Shown one piece after another: positions 29,333-38,367 of a stretch of 64,000 bases of DNA. The notes under the pieces were generated by a model. That model did not search any database and was not told where the DNA came from. It worked only from the letters and a program-made list of their open reading frames with translations. Where the stretch lies: positions 105,908-169,907 of the forward strand of contig JAEHCO010000003.1 of NCBI GenBank assembly GCA_020697715.1, in the 5' to 3' direction. Numbering within the stretch: the stretch's first letter is position 1; each line of letters begins with the position of its first letter. Position numbers and translations under genes: made by a program. Source of the DNA: Methanobacteriota archaeon (lineage in GTDB: Archaea > Thermoplasmatota > Thermoplasmata > SG8-5 > JAGLSY01).

Positions 29333-29800
29333 TCAAAATATTTTGGCCAGGTTACCATTTTGTCCCGTGTAGCCTAGCTTCGCATACAAGGCTTTGGCCG
29401 GTTCATTGTGATCGAAAACATGGAGGGCGATGATGCCGATGCCCATGTCCTTCGCCTTATCTTCCATTGCCTTGAAAGTGCTCTCTCCATAGCCTTTCCG
29501 TCGGTGTTCTTCAAATATCTGGATATCGATTATGAAGATCAATTCCTGATCCTGGCCTTCAGCCTTCGCGAACCACAGACCGCCCACTTGAGTATCTTCG
29601 CCTTCCACAATATTGAAGAAATAATGGTCTTGTGTATCGAGACCATTGTTCAGCACCTTGCTCTTCATCTCTTTCATATTATCCAGGGCATTGGACTCGG
29701 TCCATTCACCAGCCTTTATCTGGGACCGCATATGGTCTTTCATGGAAATTTCCATGAATGCCTCATACTGGTCGGTGTTCATTGATTCTAATTTTATCAT
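29333..29800 (-). CDS. GNAT family N-acetyltransferase
   Basis: Acetyl-CoA binding motif RRKGYGESTF...LGY. Confidence 0.7.
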   Translation of the reverse strand: MIKLESMNTDQYEAFMEISMKDHMRSQIKAGEWTESNALDNMKEMKSKVLNNGLDTQDHYFFNIVEGEDTQVGGLWFAKAEGQDQELIFIIDIQIFEEHRRKGYGESTFKAMEDKAKDMGIGIIALHVFDHNEPAKALYAKLGYTGQNGNLAKIF

Positions 29801-29907
29801 CGATATTCACTGTATGGGAAATATAGTGTGGCCTTATATTTGTTGTGTGATATTATGACCATCAATTCAAAAATATCTTATATCCATCTTCCAATCCGGT
29901 TACGAGT

Positions 29908-31017
29908 GTGATATCGATGTCAGAAGTTTATTTTGCCAAAGTGGGCGCCAGCAAGCACAATGAAAGACTCCCGAATAAAGTTCGCCAGCTATTTGACAAA
30001 GCTGGTTTTAATGATCTGATAACGGAGAAGGACATGGTCGCTCTCAAGCTTCATTTTGGAGAGCCTGGGAATACGACTTTTCTCAGACCGCAATTCACTC
30101 GCCAGATAGTGGATAAAGTGAAAGAATATGGTGGCAAGCCTTTCTTGACTGACGCCAACACACTCTACACTGGCCAGAGGTCGAATGCGGTGGATCATCT
30201 CAATGCCGCTGCCCTTCATGGATTCCTGCCAGCGGTTGTCGACGCCCCCATCATCATCGCGGATGGACTTACTGGCCGCGATTTCGTCGAGGTGGATGTG
30301 GATCTGAAACATCTGAAAACGGTCAAGTTCGGAGCAGCTGCCTATCACGCTGACGTTATAGGAGCGATATCTCATTTCAAATGTCACGTTGTCGGTGGTA
30401 TCGGTGGCGCGATAAAGAATCTGGGCATGGGCTTAGGAAGCCGAGCTGGCAAACAGCAGATGCACTCGGATACCAAGCCAATTGTCGAAGGAGAGAAGTG
30501 CATAGGTTGCGGTACATGTGCGAAATGGTGCCCGGAGGATGCGATAGACATTCCGGACAAAGCGATCATCAACCAGGATAAGTGCATCGGATGTGGAGAA
30601 TGTCTCATCCAATGTCCGACCAAGGCCATTAATGTGAGATGGGATGCCAGCAGCAAGAACATGCAGGAGAAAATGGTCGAGTACACCTATGGAGTGATGA
30701 AGAATAAAAAAGACAAGACATTCTTTTACAATTTCCTGCTGGACATAACACCGGATTGCGACTGCGTGCCCTGGAGTGGGAAGCAGATAGTGCCAGATAT
30801 TGGAATAATGGCTTCAACCGATCCGATAGCCATTGACCAGGCGTCTGCGGATCTGGTAAATCAACAGACGGCCAATCCAGGCTCGAAGATAAAGACCAAT
30901 GTGAACCCGGGTGATGACAAGATACATGAGGTTCATAATATCGACTGGGATCTGCAACTGAAATACGGTGAGGAAATTGGTCTGGGTAGTCGGCAATATA
31001 AGATAATCGAGATCTAA
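29908..31017 (+). CDS. DUF362-family iron-sulfur protein with a 2x[4Fe-4S] ferredoxin insertion
   Basis: CIGCGTCAKWCP and CIGCGECLIQCP clusters are embedded in a DUF362-like scaffold, with CDC near the C-terminus. Confidence 0.7.
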   Translation: MISMSEVYFAKVGASKHNERLPNKVRQLFDKAGFNDLITEKDMVALKLHFGEPGNTTFLRPQFTRQIVDKVKEYGGKPFLTDANTLYTGQRSNAVDHLNAAALHGFLPAVVDAPIIIADGLTGRDFVEVDVDLKHLKTVKFGAAAYHADVIGAISHFKCHVVGGIGGAIKNLGMGLGSRAGKQQMHSDTKPIVEGEKCIGCGTCAKWCPEDAIDIPDKAIINQDKCIGCGECLIQCPTKAINVRWDASSKNMQEKMVEYTYGVMKNKKDKTFFYNFLLDITPDCDCVPWSGKQIVPDIGIMASTDPIAIDQASADLVNQQTANPGSKIKTNVNPGDDKIHEVHNIDWDLQLKYGEEIGLGSRQYKIIEI

Positions 31018-31042
31018 TTAGATTGAATATAGTAAGATAAAT

Positions 31043-31762
31043 TCAATTCCCATCCAGCTCAGTCAGCACCTTCTGAAGCTTATCAGGTCTATCTGTGATG
31101 ATGCCGTCAACATCCAATAATGCCAGCTTCTTCATTTTGATAGGGCAGTTGATCGTCCATACAAAGACCTCCATATCATTCTCATGGGCTTTGTCAACCA
31201 ATTCCTGGCTCACCAGCTTATACTCTGGAAATATTGCGCAAGTTCCCAGTATCTTGGCCACCTGCATGATATTGGCTTTCCTGTCATCGCATGAATAGCC
31301 AGTTCTGGCCTTCTCCTTGTCCTTGAGTTGGGCGACCGCGATCCCGTCCTTTGAAGTGAATATCACCCTATCCAGCATATCGGCCTTTTTCACAACTTTG
31401 TACGCGGGTATCATGGCCTTCCTGGTCTTAATATCTAAAATTATCCCACATTTCCCCCCGAAGGTTTCCAGAATATCAGCCAGCTTTGGAACTGCCTCTT
31501 TTCTCTTCACCTTCAGCTCACTCAGCTCTGAATATTCCGTCTGGCTGAGGAATCCAGCTCCATTGGTCATGCGATTCAGCTTCTCATCATGCAATATGAC
31601 AAGGATGTCATCCTTCGTTATCCTGACATCCAATTCGACATAACTGGCTCCGAATTCCAGGGCCTTTTCTATTGCTGAAACCGTGTTCTCTGGAGCAAGA
31701 CTTCTTGCTCCCCTGTGTCCGATGATGGCTGGCTTTTTCATTGGGAGAGATAATACTAGCAT
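31043..31762 (-). CDS. Glycerophosphodiester phosphodiesterase
   Basis: GDPD signature HRGARSLAPENT and ELDVRITKD. Confidence 0.85.
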   Translation of the reverse strand: MLVLSLPMKKPAIIGHRGARSLAPENTVSAIEKALEFGASYVELDVRITKDDILVILHDEKLNRMTNGAGFLSQTEYSELSELKVKRKEAVPKLADILETFGGKCGIILDIKTRKAMIPAYKVVKKADMLDRVIFTSKDGIAVAQLKDKEKARTGYSCDDRKANIMQVAKILGTCAIFPEYKLVSQELVDKAHENDMEVFVWTINCPIKMKKLALLDVDGIITDRPDKLQKVLTELDGN

Positions 31763-31803
31763 TGGATAAAAACAATGTCATGTCCCAAAACGGCCTATAT
31801 GAT

Positions 31804-32532
31804 TCAGTCTTCAGATGTCTGGCTTTCATCAGACTTATCTTCATCAGGTTGATATTCATCAGCCTGACCTTTTTCTGTCTGGCCTTCGATCTCTTCCTTC
31901 TTTTTCACTCGGCTGAAGTATAGGATTATGGCAACTATCGCTCCGCCGATGATAGATGATATTATGACAAGGGATTCGAGGTTCATCTCCATATTGTTCA
32001 GTGTGAACGCTCCTGCAATTCCAACTATGAGTCCTCTTGATAGTCCCGCCCAGAAATTTGTCTGGACGAACCATTTCATCTCGAAGACCTCCCCGTCCTT
32101 ATTGAGCAGGGAGAATATGTAGAGGGTGATGGTGTCTGGCATTATCGGAAGGCTTAGAATGAGGTAAATGGCAATGTATCCGAACCTCTCGCAGAATCTA
32201 GTTAGGAATTCTGTAAGACCCACGAACCACTTCCACTTGAACCATACTCGAATACTATCTTCGATCTTCTCTCCAATTATGAAGACCATCCAGCTCCCTA
32301 CGGCCTTGCCAAGTCCCATGACCAGGCTTACGATAAAAAAGGCTGGGAAAATAGTGGTGAAGCCCAGGAACTCCCCACCCTCTACGATGAAGGGAATAAA
32401 ACCCGCCAATCCTAATTCGACAGGGATAGGCAGAATGACTGCAGCTAGCACGCAGAATATGAAGAATAGTAAGAGGTAAGTGTATGGATTGTTCATGTCC
32501 AGCATACCCATCAGATCATCAATGAAGCCCAT
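31804..32532 (-). CDS. DedA/VTT-domain membrane protein
   Basis: VILPIPVELGLAGFIP matches the DedA signature. Multi-TM with an acidic C-terminal tail. Confidence 0.65.
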   Translation of the reverse strand: MGFIDDLMGMLDMNNPYTYLLLFFIFCVLAAVILPIPVELGLAGFIPFIVEGGEFLGFTTIFPAFFIVSLVMGLGKAVGSWMVFIIGEKIEDSIRVWFKWKWFVGLTEFLTRFCERFGYIAIYLILSLPIMPDTITLYIFSLLNKDGEVFEMKWFVQTNFWAGLSRGLIVGIAGAFTLNNMEMNLESLVIISSIIGGAIVAIILYFSRVKKKEEIEGQTEKGQADEYQPDEDKSDESQTSED

Positions 32533-33464
32533 TATTCATCCCCTATTATCAAGTCCGAGGCATCCTTGCCAAGTACGAGAACACGGCTCTCGGGAGCTTC
32601 ATCCAGTATCTGGAATCCCATCTCGTGTCCCAGCTTTTCTCCGAATTCCCGAACCTTATCGTATTTTGGCATATTCGCCATGGTCATCCTCTCACGGGAA
32701 TATCCAACGTACACATAACCTTTTGGTTCTATGAAGAGTGGATCGGCCATCTTATCCAAATGAGCATATTCCTTTTCCCATCCTATGTTCCATCCGTCTA
32801 CCAGGGTGTGCCGAATGACTGTCCTGGTATCAAGGCTGGCCATGATCTCCAGGCTCTTCTGCAATCTCCCCCAGCCGTCCTTAACAAGAGGCACGCATAA
32901 TCTCTTGTATATCTCCCGGGTGGGAGCGGCAACTGTGATATAAAGCTGGGTTGGAAGTGGGTCCAGGTTCTCAAGAACTTCTGGCTGGATACCATTACTG
33001 ACAATGAAAGTTGTCATATTTCGCTTATGACATTCTTCAATGAACTCTCCCAATCTGGAATATAGTGTGGGCTCTCCGGATAATGATATGGCCACCTGAT
33101 TTGGCTCGAAGGCCTCCTTCCATATCTCTGGACTGCATCTGGCATCCCCCTTGTACCCTGTGATGAGCTTTCTCTGACCCTCAATACAGCCATCCAGTAT
33201 CTCGATGGGATCATCTTCATCCTGTATGCCCAGTTCATTCATTCCCTGGAATCTCCAGCAGAACAGGCAATTATGTGTGCAATGGGAGACAGTGGGGGTC
33301 ATCTGAAGGCATCGATGTGATTCGATACCATAGAACCTTTCTTTGTAGCAAGGTCGATCCCTGAGAAGCTTTTCACCCATCCAGTGGCAGAGTTTCACGC
33401 CACTGTGCTCCCCCACGACATGATAATGCTGCTTCTCCAGTATCCTCTTCATATCGTCATTCAT
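32532..33464 (-). CDS. taw1: tRNA 4-demethylwyosine synthase (radical SAM, TYW1/Taw1)
   Basis: CTHNCLFCWR radical-SAM CxxxCxxC motif in a TYW1-like context. 310 aa. Confidence 0.8.
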   Translation of the reverse strand: MNDDMKRILEKQHYHVVGEHSGVKLCHWMGEKLLRDRPCYKERFYGIESHRCLQMTPTVSHCTHNCLFCWRFQGMNELGIQDEDDPIEILDGCIEGQRKLITGYKGDARCSPEIWKEAFEPNQVAISLSGEPTLYSRLGEFIEECHKRNMTTFIVSNGIQPEVLENLDPLPTQLYITVAAPTREIYKRLCVPLVKDGWGRLQKSLEIMASLDTRTVIRHTLVDGWNIGWEKEYAHLDKMADPLFIEPKGYVYVGYSRERMTMANMPKYDKVREFGEKLGHEMGFQILDEAPESRVLVLGKDASDLIIGDE

Positions 33465-33481
33465 TTTTCATCTCCTCATCT

Positions 33482-34936
33482 TTAAAAGTCAAAAAGGTTC
33501 TTCTGTTTTGTTGGCTCTGGAACATCTGGCTTTATCTTCTCGTCACCCACATTTTCCTGGGTCATATCGTTATCCTCATCATCGTCCCCATCATCTTTCT
33601 GCTTGTTTCGAGCCTTTACCGAACTTTGCTTCTTCTTGCTAATATCATCAAATACATTCTTGACATGATTAGAATCCGGCTTCTCATCCATAAGGAAGCC
33701 GACCTCATATTCTCCCAATGAAAGCTTTTCTGTCATCTGTAGGCAGAATTCCCTATCTGAATTGAAAAGAAGTTTGAAATAAGGAAGCTGGTCTTGAAGT
33801 GCTTGCTCCCTCGAGGTGTGCATCAACTTCCCCAATTTCGAGCCTATGGAATTTCTCACCTCTCTTATTCCTTTTGATCGCGACATATTGGTGAGCCAGC
33901 TTGGGAATTGGTATCGGACGAATCCTCTGTATTCCCTGCTTTTGGACAGTGAGACACCCGCACTCATCATAGCCGATGAATATTTCCAGAGACCATAATA
34001 TTGCCTTCTTTGGACCCTGCCCAGATATACATCGGCCTTGGAAACTGCTTCATAGGCTCTCATCCTGTCACCCGAGAGAGAATATGAGACTGGTATGTTC
34101 TCATCTATCCATAATATCGTATAGTTCGGATCCTCGTCAAGCTCCATCAATGCATCTCGTGAGACCCTGCAATTGTTAGTCCTGAATACTTTGGCCATAC
34201 CCTGGAATATAGTACTTTTCTGATCTCTTCCACCCAAGGCCAGAACATCCTTCTCTGTGAGCTTTTCTTTCCCCTCTACCAATGACTGGAGATCATTCAC
34301 TGCCCCTCTAATGTCTCCTTCACATCTCTTTGATATCGCTCTTACAGCATCGGGGCTGACATCCACTCCCTCTTTATGGGCGATCTCCCTGAGCAGTTTG
34401 GCTATAGATGCAGGCTGTGGTTTTCTATATTGTATCTGCAATGCCTTGTTGGATATTATGGATGATCTTCGTTTCAATGAGTAGAAATCATTCACTATTA
34501 AGATGACTGGCTGCATGGTATTGGTGATAAGTTCACCCATTGCTTTGATCCCACCACGATCTTCTTTTCCGAAGACATTGTCTGCCTCATCAAGTATTAT
34601 CAGCTTTCTGCCGCCTTCCTTGCTGCTTGTGAACTCTCCCGAATCTGTGAAAGTATCCCACATCGCACCAAGGCCAGCTATGCTCTTTATGGCATTGGCA
34701 TTTCTTGAATCAGATGCATTGAGCTCCACAACCTGCCAGCCATATTCGCGAGCAACCGCATGTGCACTGGTCGTCTTTCCGATGCCTGGCTCTCCAATGA
34801 GTATCACAGCCCTATTCTTTTTCGGGATGCCATTATTCCATGTTTCAGCCCAGCTCCTAAGCTTCGAAATTGCCTCTGAATTACCAATGACGTTCTCTAA
34901 GTCATTTGGTCGGTATTTGCCTGTCCAATCCTGCAT
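33482..34936 (-). CDS. rfcL: Replication factor C large subunit
   Basis: MQDWTGKYRP, Walker A GEPGIGKTT, DEAD box and a basic C-terminal tail (PIP-like KQKNLFDF). Confidence 0.88.
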   Translation of the reverse strand: MQDWTGKYRPNDLENVIGNSEAISKLRSWAETWNNGIPKKNRAVILIGEPGIGKTTSAHAVAREYGWQVVELNASDSRNANAIKSIAGLGAMWDTFTDSGEFTSSKEGGRKLIILDEADNVFGKEDRGGIKAMGELITNTMQPVILIVNDFYSLKRRSSIISNKALQIQYRKPQPASIAKLLREIAHKEGVDVSPDAVRAISKRCEGDIRGAVNDLQSLVEGKEKLTEKDVLALGGRDQKSTIFQGMAKVFRTNNCRVSRDALMELDEDPNYTILWIDENIPVSYSLSGDRMRAYEAVSKADVYLGRVQRRQYYGLWKYSSAMMSAGVSLSKSREYRGFVRYQFPSWLTNMSRSKGIREVRNSIGSKLGKLMHTSREQALQDQLPYFKLLFNSDREFCLQMTEKLSLGEYEVGFLMDEKPDSNHVKNVFDDISKKKQSSVKARNKQKDDGDDDEDNDMTQENVGDEKIKPDVPEPTKQKNLFDF

Positions 34937-35121
34937 TCCAATCCTCTAATGATTAGGCTTCTAAATACATTTGCCTTGTTTCCAATATTCGTCATGCCAG
35001 CCCAATCTTATTCTCAACCTTTTTCCTTAATATACTATATAATTAATGATTTAACGGTCACGTTTATATACAAGTATGTATTCCTCAGCATACTTCCCAG
35101 AAGCAAAAAATATACTGGAGG

Positions 35122-35607
35122 GTGACATTGGCAGATAATAAGAAACCTACGGATATTGAGAAAGACGACGATTTCAAGTACATATTGAGATTGTCCGGTA
35201 ATGACATAGATGGTGAGAAGCCAGCTTTCGTTGCACTTACGGACCTGAATGGGATCGGGATCCGTATCTCAGAGATATTGATAGAAAGATTGGGGTACCC
35301 CCGTGACAAGGCCATCGGACACATGAGCGATGAAGATGTCGAAAAGCTCGAGGATTTGCTAGAAAGTCTCGAGGAAACTATACCCCAGTGGTTGCTCAAC
35401 AGAAGGAAGGATTGGGAATCAGGCGAGGACCTTCACCTTTTTGGTATCGAGCTTGAACAGACTAATAAAGATGACATTAACAGGATGAGAATGACCCGTT
35501 GCTACAAAGGTGTAAGGCATGATACGGGCCAGAAGGTCAGAGGTCAAAGAACCAGATCCAATGGTAGGAAAGGATTGACACTCGGCGTATCCAAGAAAAG
35601 AGGCTAA
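35122..35607 (+). CDS. rps13: 30S ribosomal protein S13 (uS13)
   Basis: GTG start preceded by GGAGG. Conserved GIG...RCYKGVRH...RTRSNGR. Confidence 0.9.
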   Translation: MTLADNKKPTDIEKDDDFKYILRLSGNDIDGEKPAFVALTDLNGIGIRISEILIERLGYPRDKAIGHMSDEDVEKLEDLLESLEETIPQWLLNRRKDWESGEDLHLFGIELEQTNKDDINRMRMTRCYKGVRHDTGQKVRGQRTRSNGRKGLTLGVSKKRG

Positions 35608-35616
35608 TTGAGGTGA

Positions 35617-36477
35617 GTGATTTTGGGAGACCCTAAGTTCAGTAGAAGACGGTATGCTACACCATCACATCCTTGGCAAAAAGAAAGGATAGATGAAGAG
35701 AATGAGATGATCAGAAAATACGGTCTTAAGAATAAGAAGGAACTCTGGAAGGCACAGTCCCTCCTGAGGAACTTCAGACAGAGATCCAGGATCCTTCAGG
35801 CTCAGATCAGGTATGGTAATAAGCAGGCGGAGAAGGAAAGAGACCAGCTTCTGGCCAGATTAGAACGTGCAGGAATACTCGGTAGCGAGGCTTCCCTGGA
35901 TGATGTTCTGGCATTGGATGTTGAGGCTGTACTTACAAGAAGATTGCAGACCCTGGCATACATGAAGGGACTGAGCAACAGTGCGAAACAAGCCCGCCAG
36001 TTCATTGTTCATGGACATGTATCCATCGGAGATAGGAAGGTAACTATTCCCGGTTATTTGGTCAAGAGGACCGAAGAAGAATCCATTGAATATCTATTAA
36101 GCTCGCCGATAGCGAATGACATGCATCCAGCAAGACCAAAGGATGAATTGGAATTGGCTGAGCAGAAGAGAATGCAGGAAGAGGCCGCCAAGGCCGCGGA
36201 AGCACCAGTTGCCGCACCAGAAGGCGCAGATGCTCCAGCCGTGGAACCAAAACCAGAGGGCGAGGCACCAGCAGCAGAGGTAAAACCCGCAGAGGCTAAG
36301 CCAGCTGAAGCAAAACCTGAACCAAAGGTTGAAGCAGCTCCAGCAAAGGAAAAGCCTGCAGAGGCTAAGCCAGCTGAAGCAAAACCCGAACCAAAGGTTG
36401 AAGCAGCTCCAGCAGAGAAAAAGCCTGCAGAGGCTAAGAAGCCAGCAGAAGATAAACCAAAGGAGGCCAATGAATGA
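35617..36477 (+). CDS. rps4: 30S ribosomal protein S4 (uS4) with a C-terminal A/K/P/E-rich repeat extension of about 110 aa
   Basis: GTG start. The S4 core is GDPKFSRRRYATPSHPW...HGHVSIGDRKVTIPGYLV. The tail is built from 23-aa repeats of the form AEAKPAEAKPEPKVEAAPA. Confidence 0.88.
   Translation: MILGDPKFSRRRYATPSHPWQKERIDEENEMIRKYGLKNKKELWKAQSLLRNFRQRSRILQAQIRYGNKQAEKERDQLLARLERAGILGSEASLDDVLALDVEAVLTRRLQTLAYMKGLSNSAKQARQFIVHGHVSIGDRKVTIPGYLVKRTEEESIEYLLSSPIANDMHPARPKDELELAEQKRMQEEAAKAAEAPVAAPEGADAPAVEPKPEGEAPAAEVKPAEAKPAEAKPEPKVEAAPAKEKPAEAKPAEAKPEPKVEAAPAEKKPAEAKKPAEDKPKEANE
36289..36440 (+). repeat. 69-bp tandem repeat (about 2.3 copies) encoding the S4 tail
   Basis: gcagaggctaagccagctgaagcaaaaccYgaaccaaaggttgaagcagctccagca appears at 36289 and again at 36358, with a partial copy at 36427. 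Confidence 0.85.
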
Positions 36478-36529
36478 GCGAATGTAATGAGCGCATTCAT
36501 AAGCTCCGATCTCAAGGAGGAGATTCAGA

Positions 36530-36913
36530 ATGACCAAATGGGCCCTAGCACACATATACGCATCTTACAACAATATATTGATAACATTGACCGACCCAAC
36601 CGGTGCAGAGACAATTACGAAATGCACTGGAGGTATGGTTGTCAAATCTCAGAAGGATGAATCATCTCCATATGCAGCCATGAAGGCAGCAGAGATGATC
36701 GCCGATATCGCAAAGGAGAGGGGCATCGACAGTGTTCATGTCCGTGTAAGAGCTCCAGGCGGTAACAAAGACCTTTCCCCTGGACCAGGAGCACAGGCCG
36801 CGATCAGAGCACTGGCAAGGGCGGGTTTGAGAATAGGAAGGATAGAGGATGTAACCCCTATCCCTCACGACGGCACCAAGAAGAAAGGCGGCAGACGTGG
36901 AAGAAGGGTGTAA
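36530..36913 (+). CDS. rps11: 30S ribosomal protein S11 (uS11)
   Basis: Conserved [12 protein letters not shown]...[18 protein letters not shown]. Confidence 0.9.
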   Translation: MTKWALAHIYASYNNILITLTDPTGAETITKCTGGMVVKSQKDESSPYAAMKAAEMIADIAKERGIDSVHVRVRAPGGNKDLSPGPGAQAAIRALARAGLRIGRIEDVTPIPHDGTKKKGGRRGRRV

Positions 36914-36917
36914 TCAA

Positions 36918-37982
36918 ATGGATATCAAGATCATTGATATTAAGGACGATTTCATCAAATTCGTCATATCTGGCGTTGACTTCAGCTTTGTGAATTCCAT
37001 CAGAAGGACACTTTTGGCCGATATACCTAAAATGGCCATTGAGGATGTTGAGATCCATCTGGGAGCAATAAGCGATGAGGAGGGTAAGACATATGAGAGC
37101 ACGACCCCTCTTTTCGATGAGATAATCGCTCACAGAATGGGCCTGATACCTATCCCAACAGACCTGGATATGTTGACCTTCAAAGATGAATGTGATTGCG
37201 AAGGTGAAGGATGTGTCAATTGCAGCATCATGTACTCTCTGAATAAGAGGGGGCCATGCACTGTTTACTCTGGTGACCTGGAGCCATTGGGCGATCCAAG
37301 CCTGAGGCCAAAGGATACCAAGATACCAATAGTCAAGCTTACGGAAGATGAGGGTATCCTTATCTACGCGACCGCCACAATGGGAACTGGTAAGGGGCAT
37401 GCGAAATGGCAGGGAATTCATGGTGCTGGCTACAAATTATATCCTACAGTTGACATCGATCCAAAAAAATGTGACAATGGCGGAGGGTGCATACCGATAT
37501 GCCCAGTCAATGTCTTTGTAAAGGAAGGAAAGAAGGTCAAGATGGTCAATACGGAGAACTGCACAATGTGCAATAGCTGTGTGGAGATATGCGAATTAGG
37601 CGCTGTCACCATCGGCCATGAGGAAGATAAGTTCATATTCAGATTCGAGACAGATGGTTCGCTCTATGCAAAGGACGCACTTCTCTATGCAGTGGCTCAC
37701 TTAGGAGCATCCTTCGAGGGAGTGATCGACCTTGTTGAAACCATGAAGCCAAAGGAGTACAAACCGATCGAGGCCGTGAAATTGAACTTCGATCATGAGG
37801 AAAATCCAGAAGGCGTGGCATATATTCCAGCAGGTGAAAGCACTCACGCTCCTGAAGAGGAGACAGAGGAAGAGGAAGAACCTGTTGCTGAGGAAGAGCC
37901 AGTTGTCGAGGAAGAGAAGCCCAAGAAGAAGGCAGCTGCCAAAAAGAAGGCACCTGCAAAGAAAGCAGCCAAAAAGAAATAG
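36918..37982 (+). CDS. rpoD: DNA-directed RNA polymerase subunit D (Rpo3) with an acidic-then-lysine-rich C-terminal tail
   Basis: N-terminus MDIKIIDIKDDFIKFVISGVDFSFVNSIRR. 4Fe-4S domain CIPICP...CTMCNSC. Tail EETEEEEEPVAEEEPVVEEEKPKKKAAAKKKAPAKKAAKKK. Confidence 0.88.
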   Translation: MDIKIIDIKDDFIKFVISGVDFSFVNSIRRTLLADIPKMAIEDVEIHLGAISDEEGKTYESTTPLFDEIIAHRMGLIPIPTDLDMLTFKDECDCEGEGCVNCSIMYSLNKRGPCTVYSGDLEPLGDPSLRPKDTKIPIVKLTEDEGILIYATATMGTGKGHAKWQGIHGAGYKLYPTVDIDPKKCDNGGGCIPICPVNVFVKEGKKVKMVNTENCTMCNSCVEICELGAVTIGHEEDKFIFRFETDGSLYAKDALLYAVAHLGASFEGVIDLVETMKPKEYKPIEAVKLNFDHEENPEGVAYIPAGESTHAPEEETEEEEEPVAEEEPVVEEEKPKKKAAAKKKAPAKKAAKKK

Positions 37983-38034
37983 GCTTCCGATCTCTCGTAT
38001 CTATAATGATCATAATAGACGCAAAGCCGCTGTG

Positions 38035-38106
38035 GCTAAGGGGTATAGCGATTCATTGGTAATGAATAGGTCGTGGGTTCAATTCCCATCAGCGGCTCCT
38101 TATTAT
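38035..38106 (+). tRNA. tRNA-Thr (anticodon GGU)
   Basis: Manual fold. Acceptor GCCGCUG/CAGCGGC. D-stem GCUA/UAGC. Anticodon stem AUUCA/UGAAU with loop UUGGUAA. T-arm GUGGG-UUCAAUU-CCCAU. Discriminator U. Confidence 0.85.
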
Positions 38107-38367
38107 TTTATTAGTGTTAGCTGATGGGAATTGAATCAAGCCCGTAAGTGCATATTATCTGAATGCTGGCTCAATGTAAGGGCGCAGGTTGAAATTTACG
38201 TTTATTGGTATTTTACTTGTAGTAAATTTCAATACATGCTCTTGTCTAGGGCTCTTTGCATTTTTTAAGACAAGTCTGGATTTATGTTAATAGCCTTGTC
38301 CAGTATAGCTGATGTGGAATTGAACCAAGCCCGAAAGAGTTTTAACCGCCTCCCCAATCTCCAAGCA

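Noticed and set aside
36054-36555. Overlapping minus-strand ORFs rich in A/S/G or C/W/L
   Set aside because: Antisense frames of the repetitive S4 tail. No independent support.
38117-38160. Possible box C/D sRNA (CTGATGG ... CTGA)
   Set aside because: The C-box is imperfect, no C'/D' pair is present, and the spacing is too short. Better explained as an inverted copy of the tRNA-Thr 3' end.
38141-38300. Second tRNA or split-tRNA half on the minus strand next to tRNA-Thr
   Set aside because: The T-arm cannot be formed (CTTGA/CCCAT do not pair) and no acceptor or anticodon arm is present.
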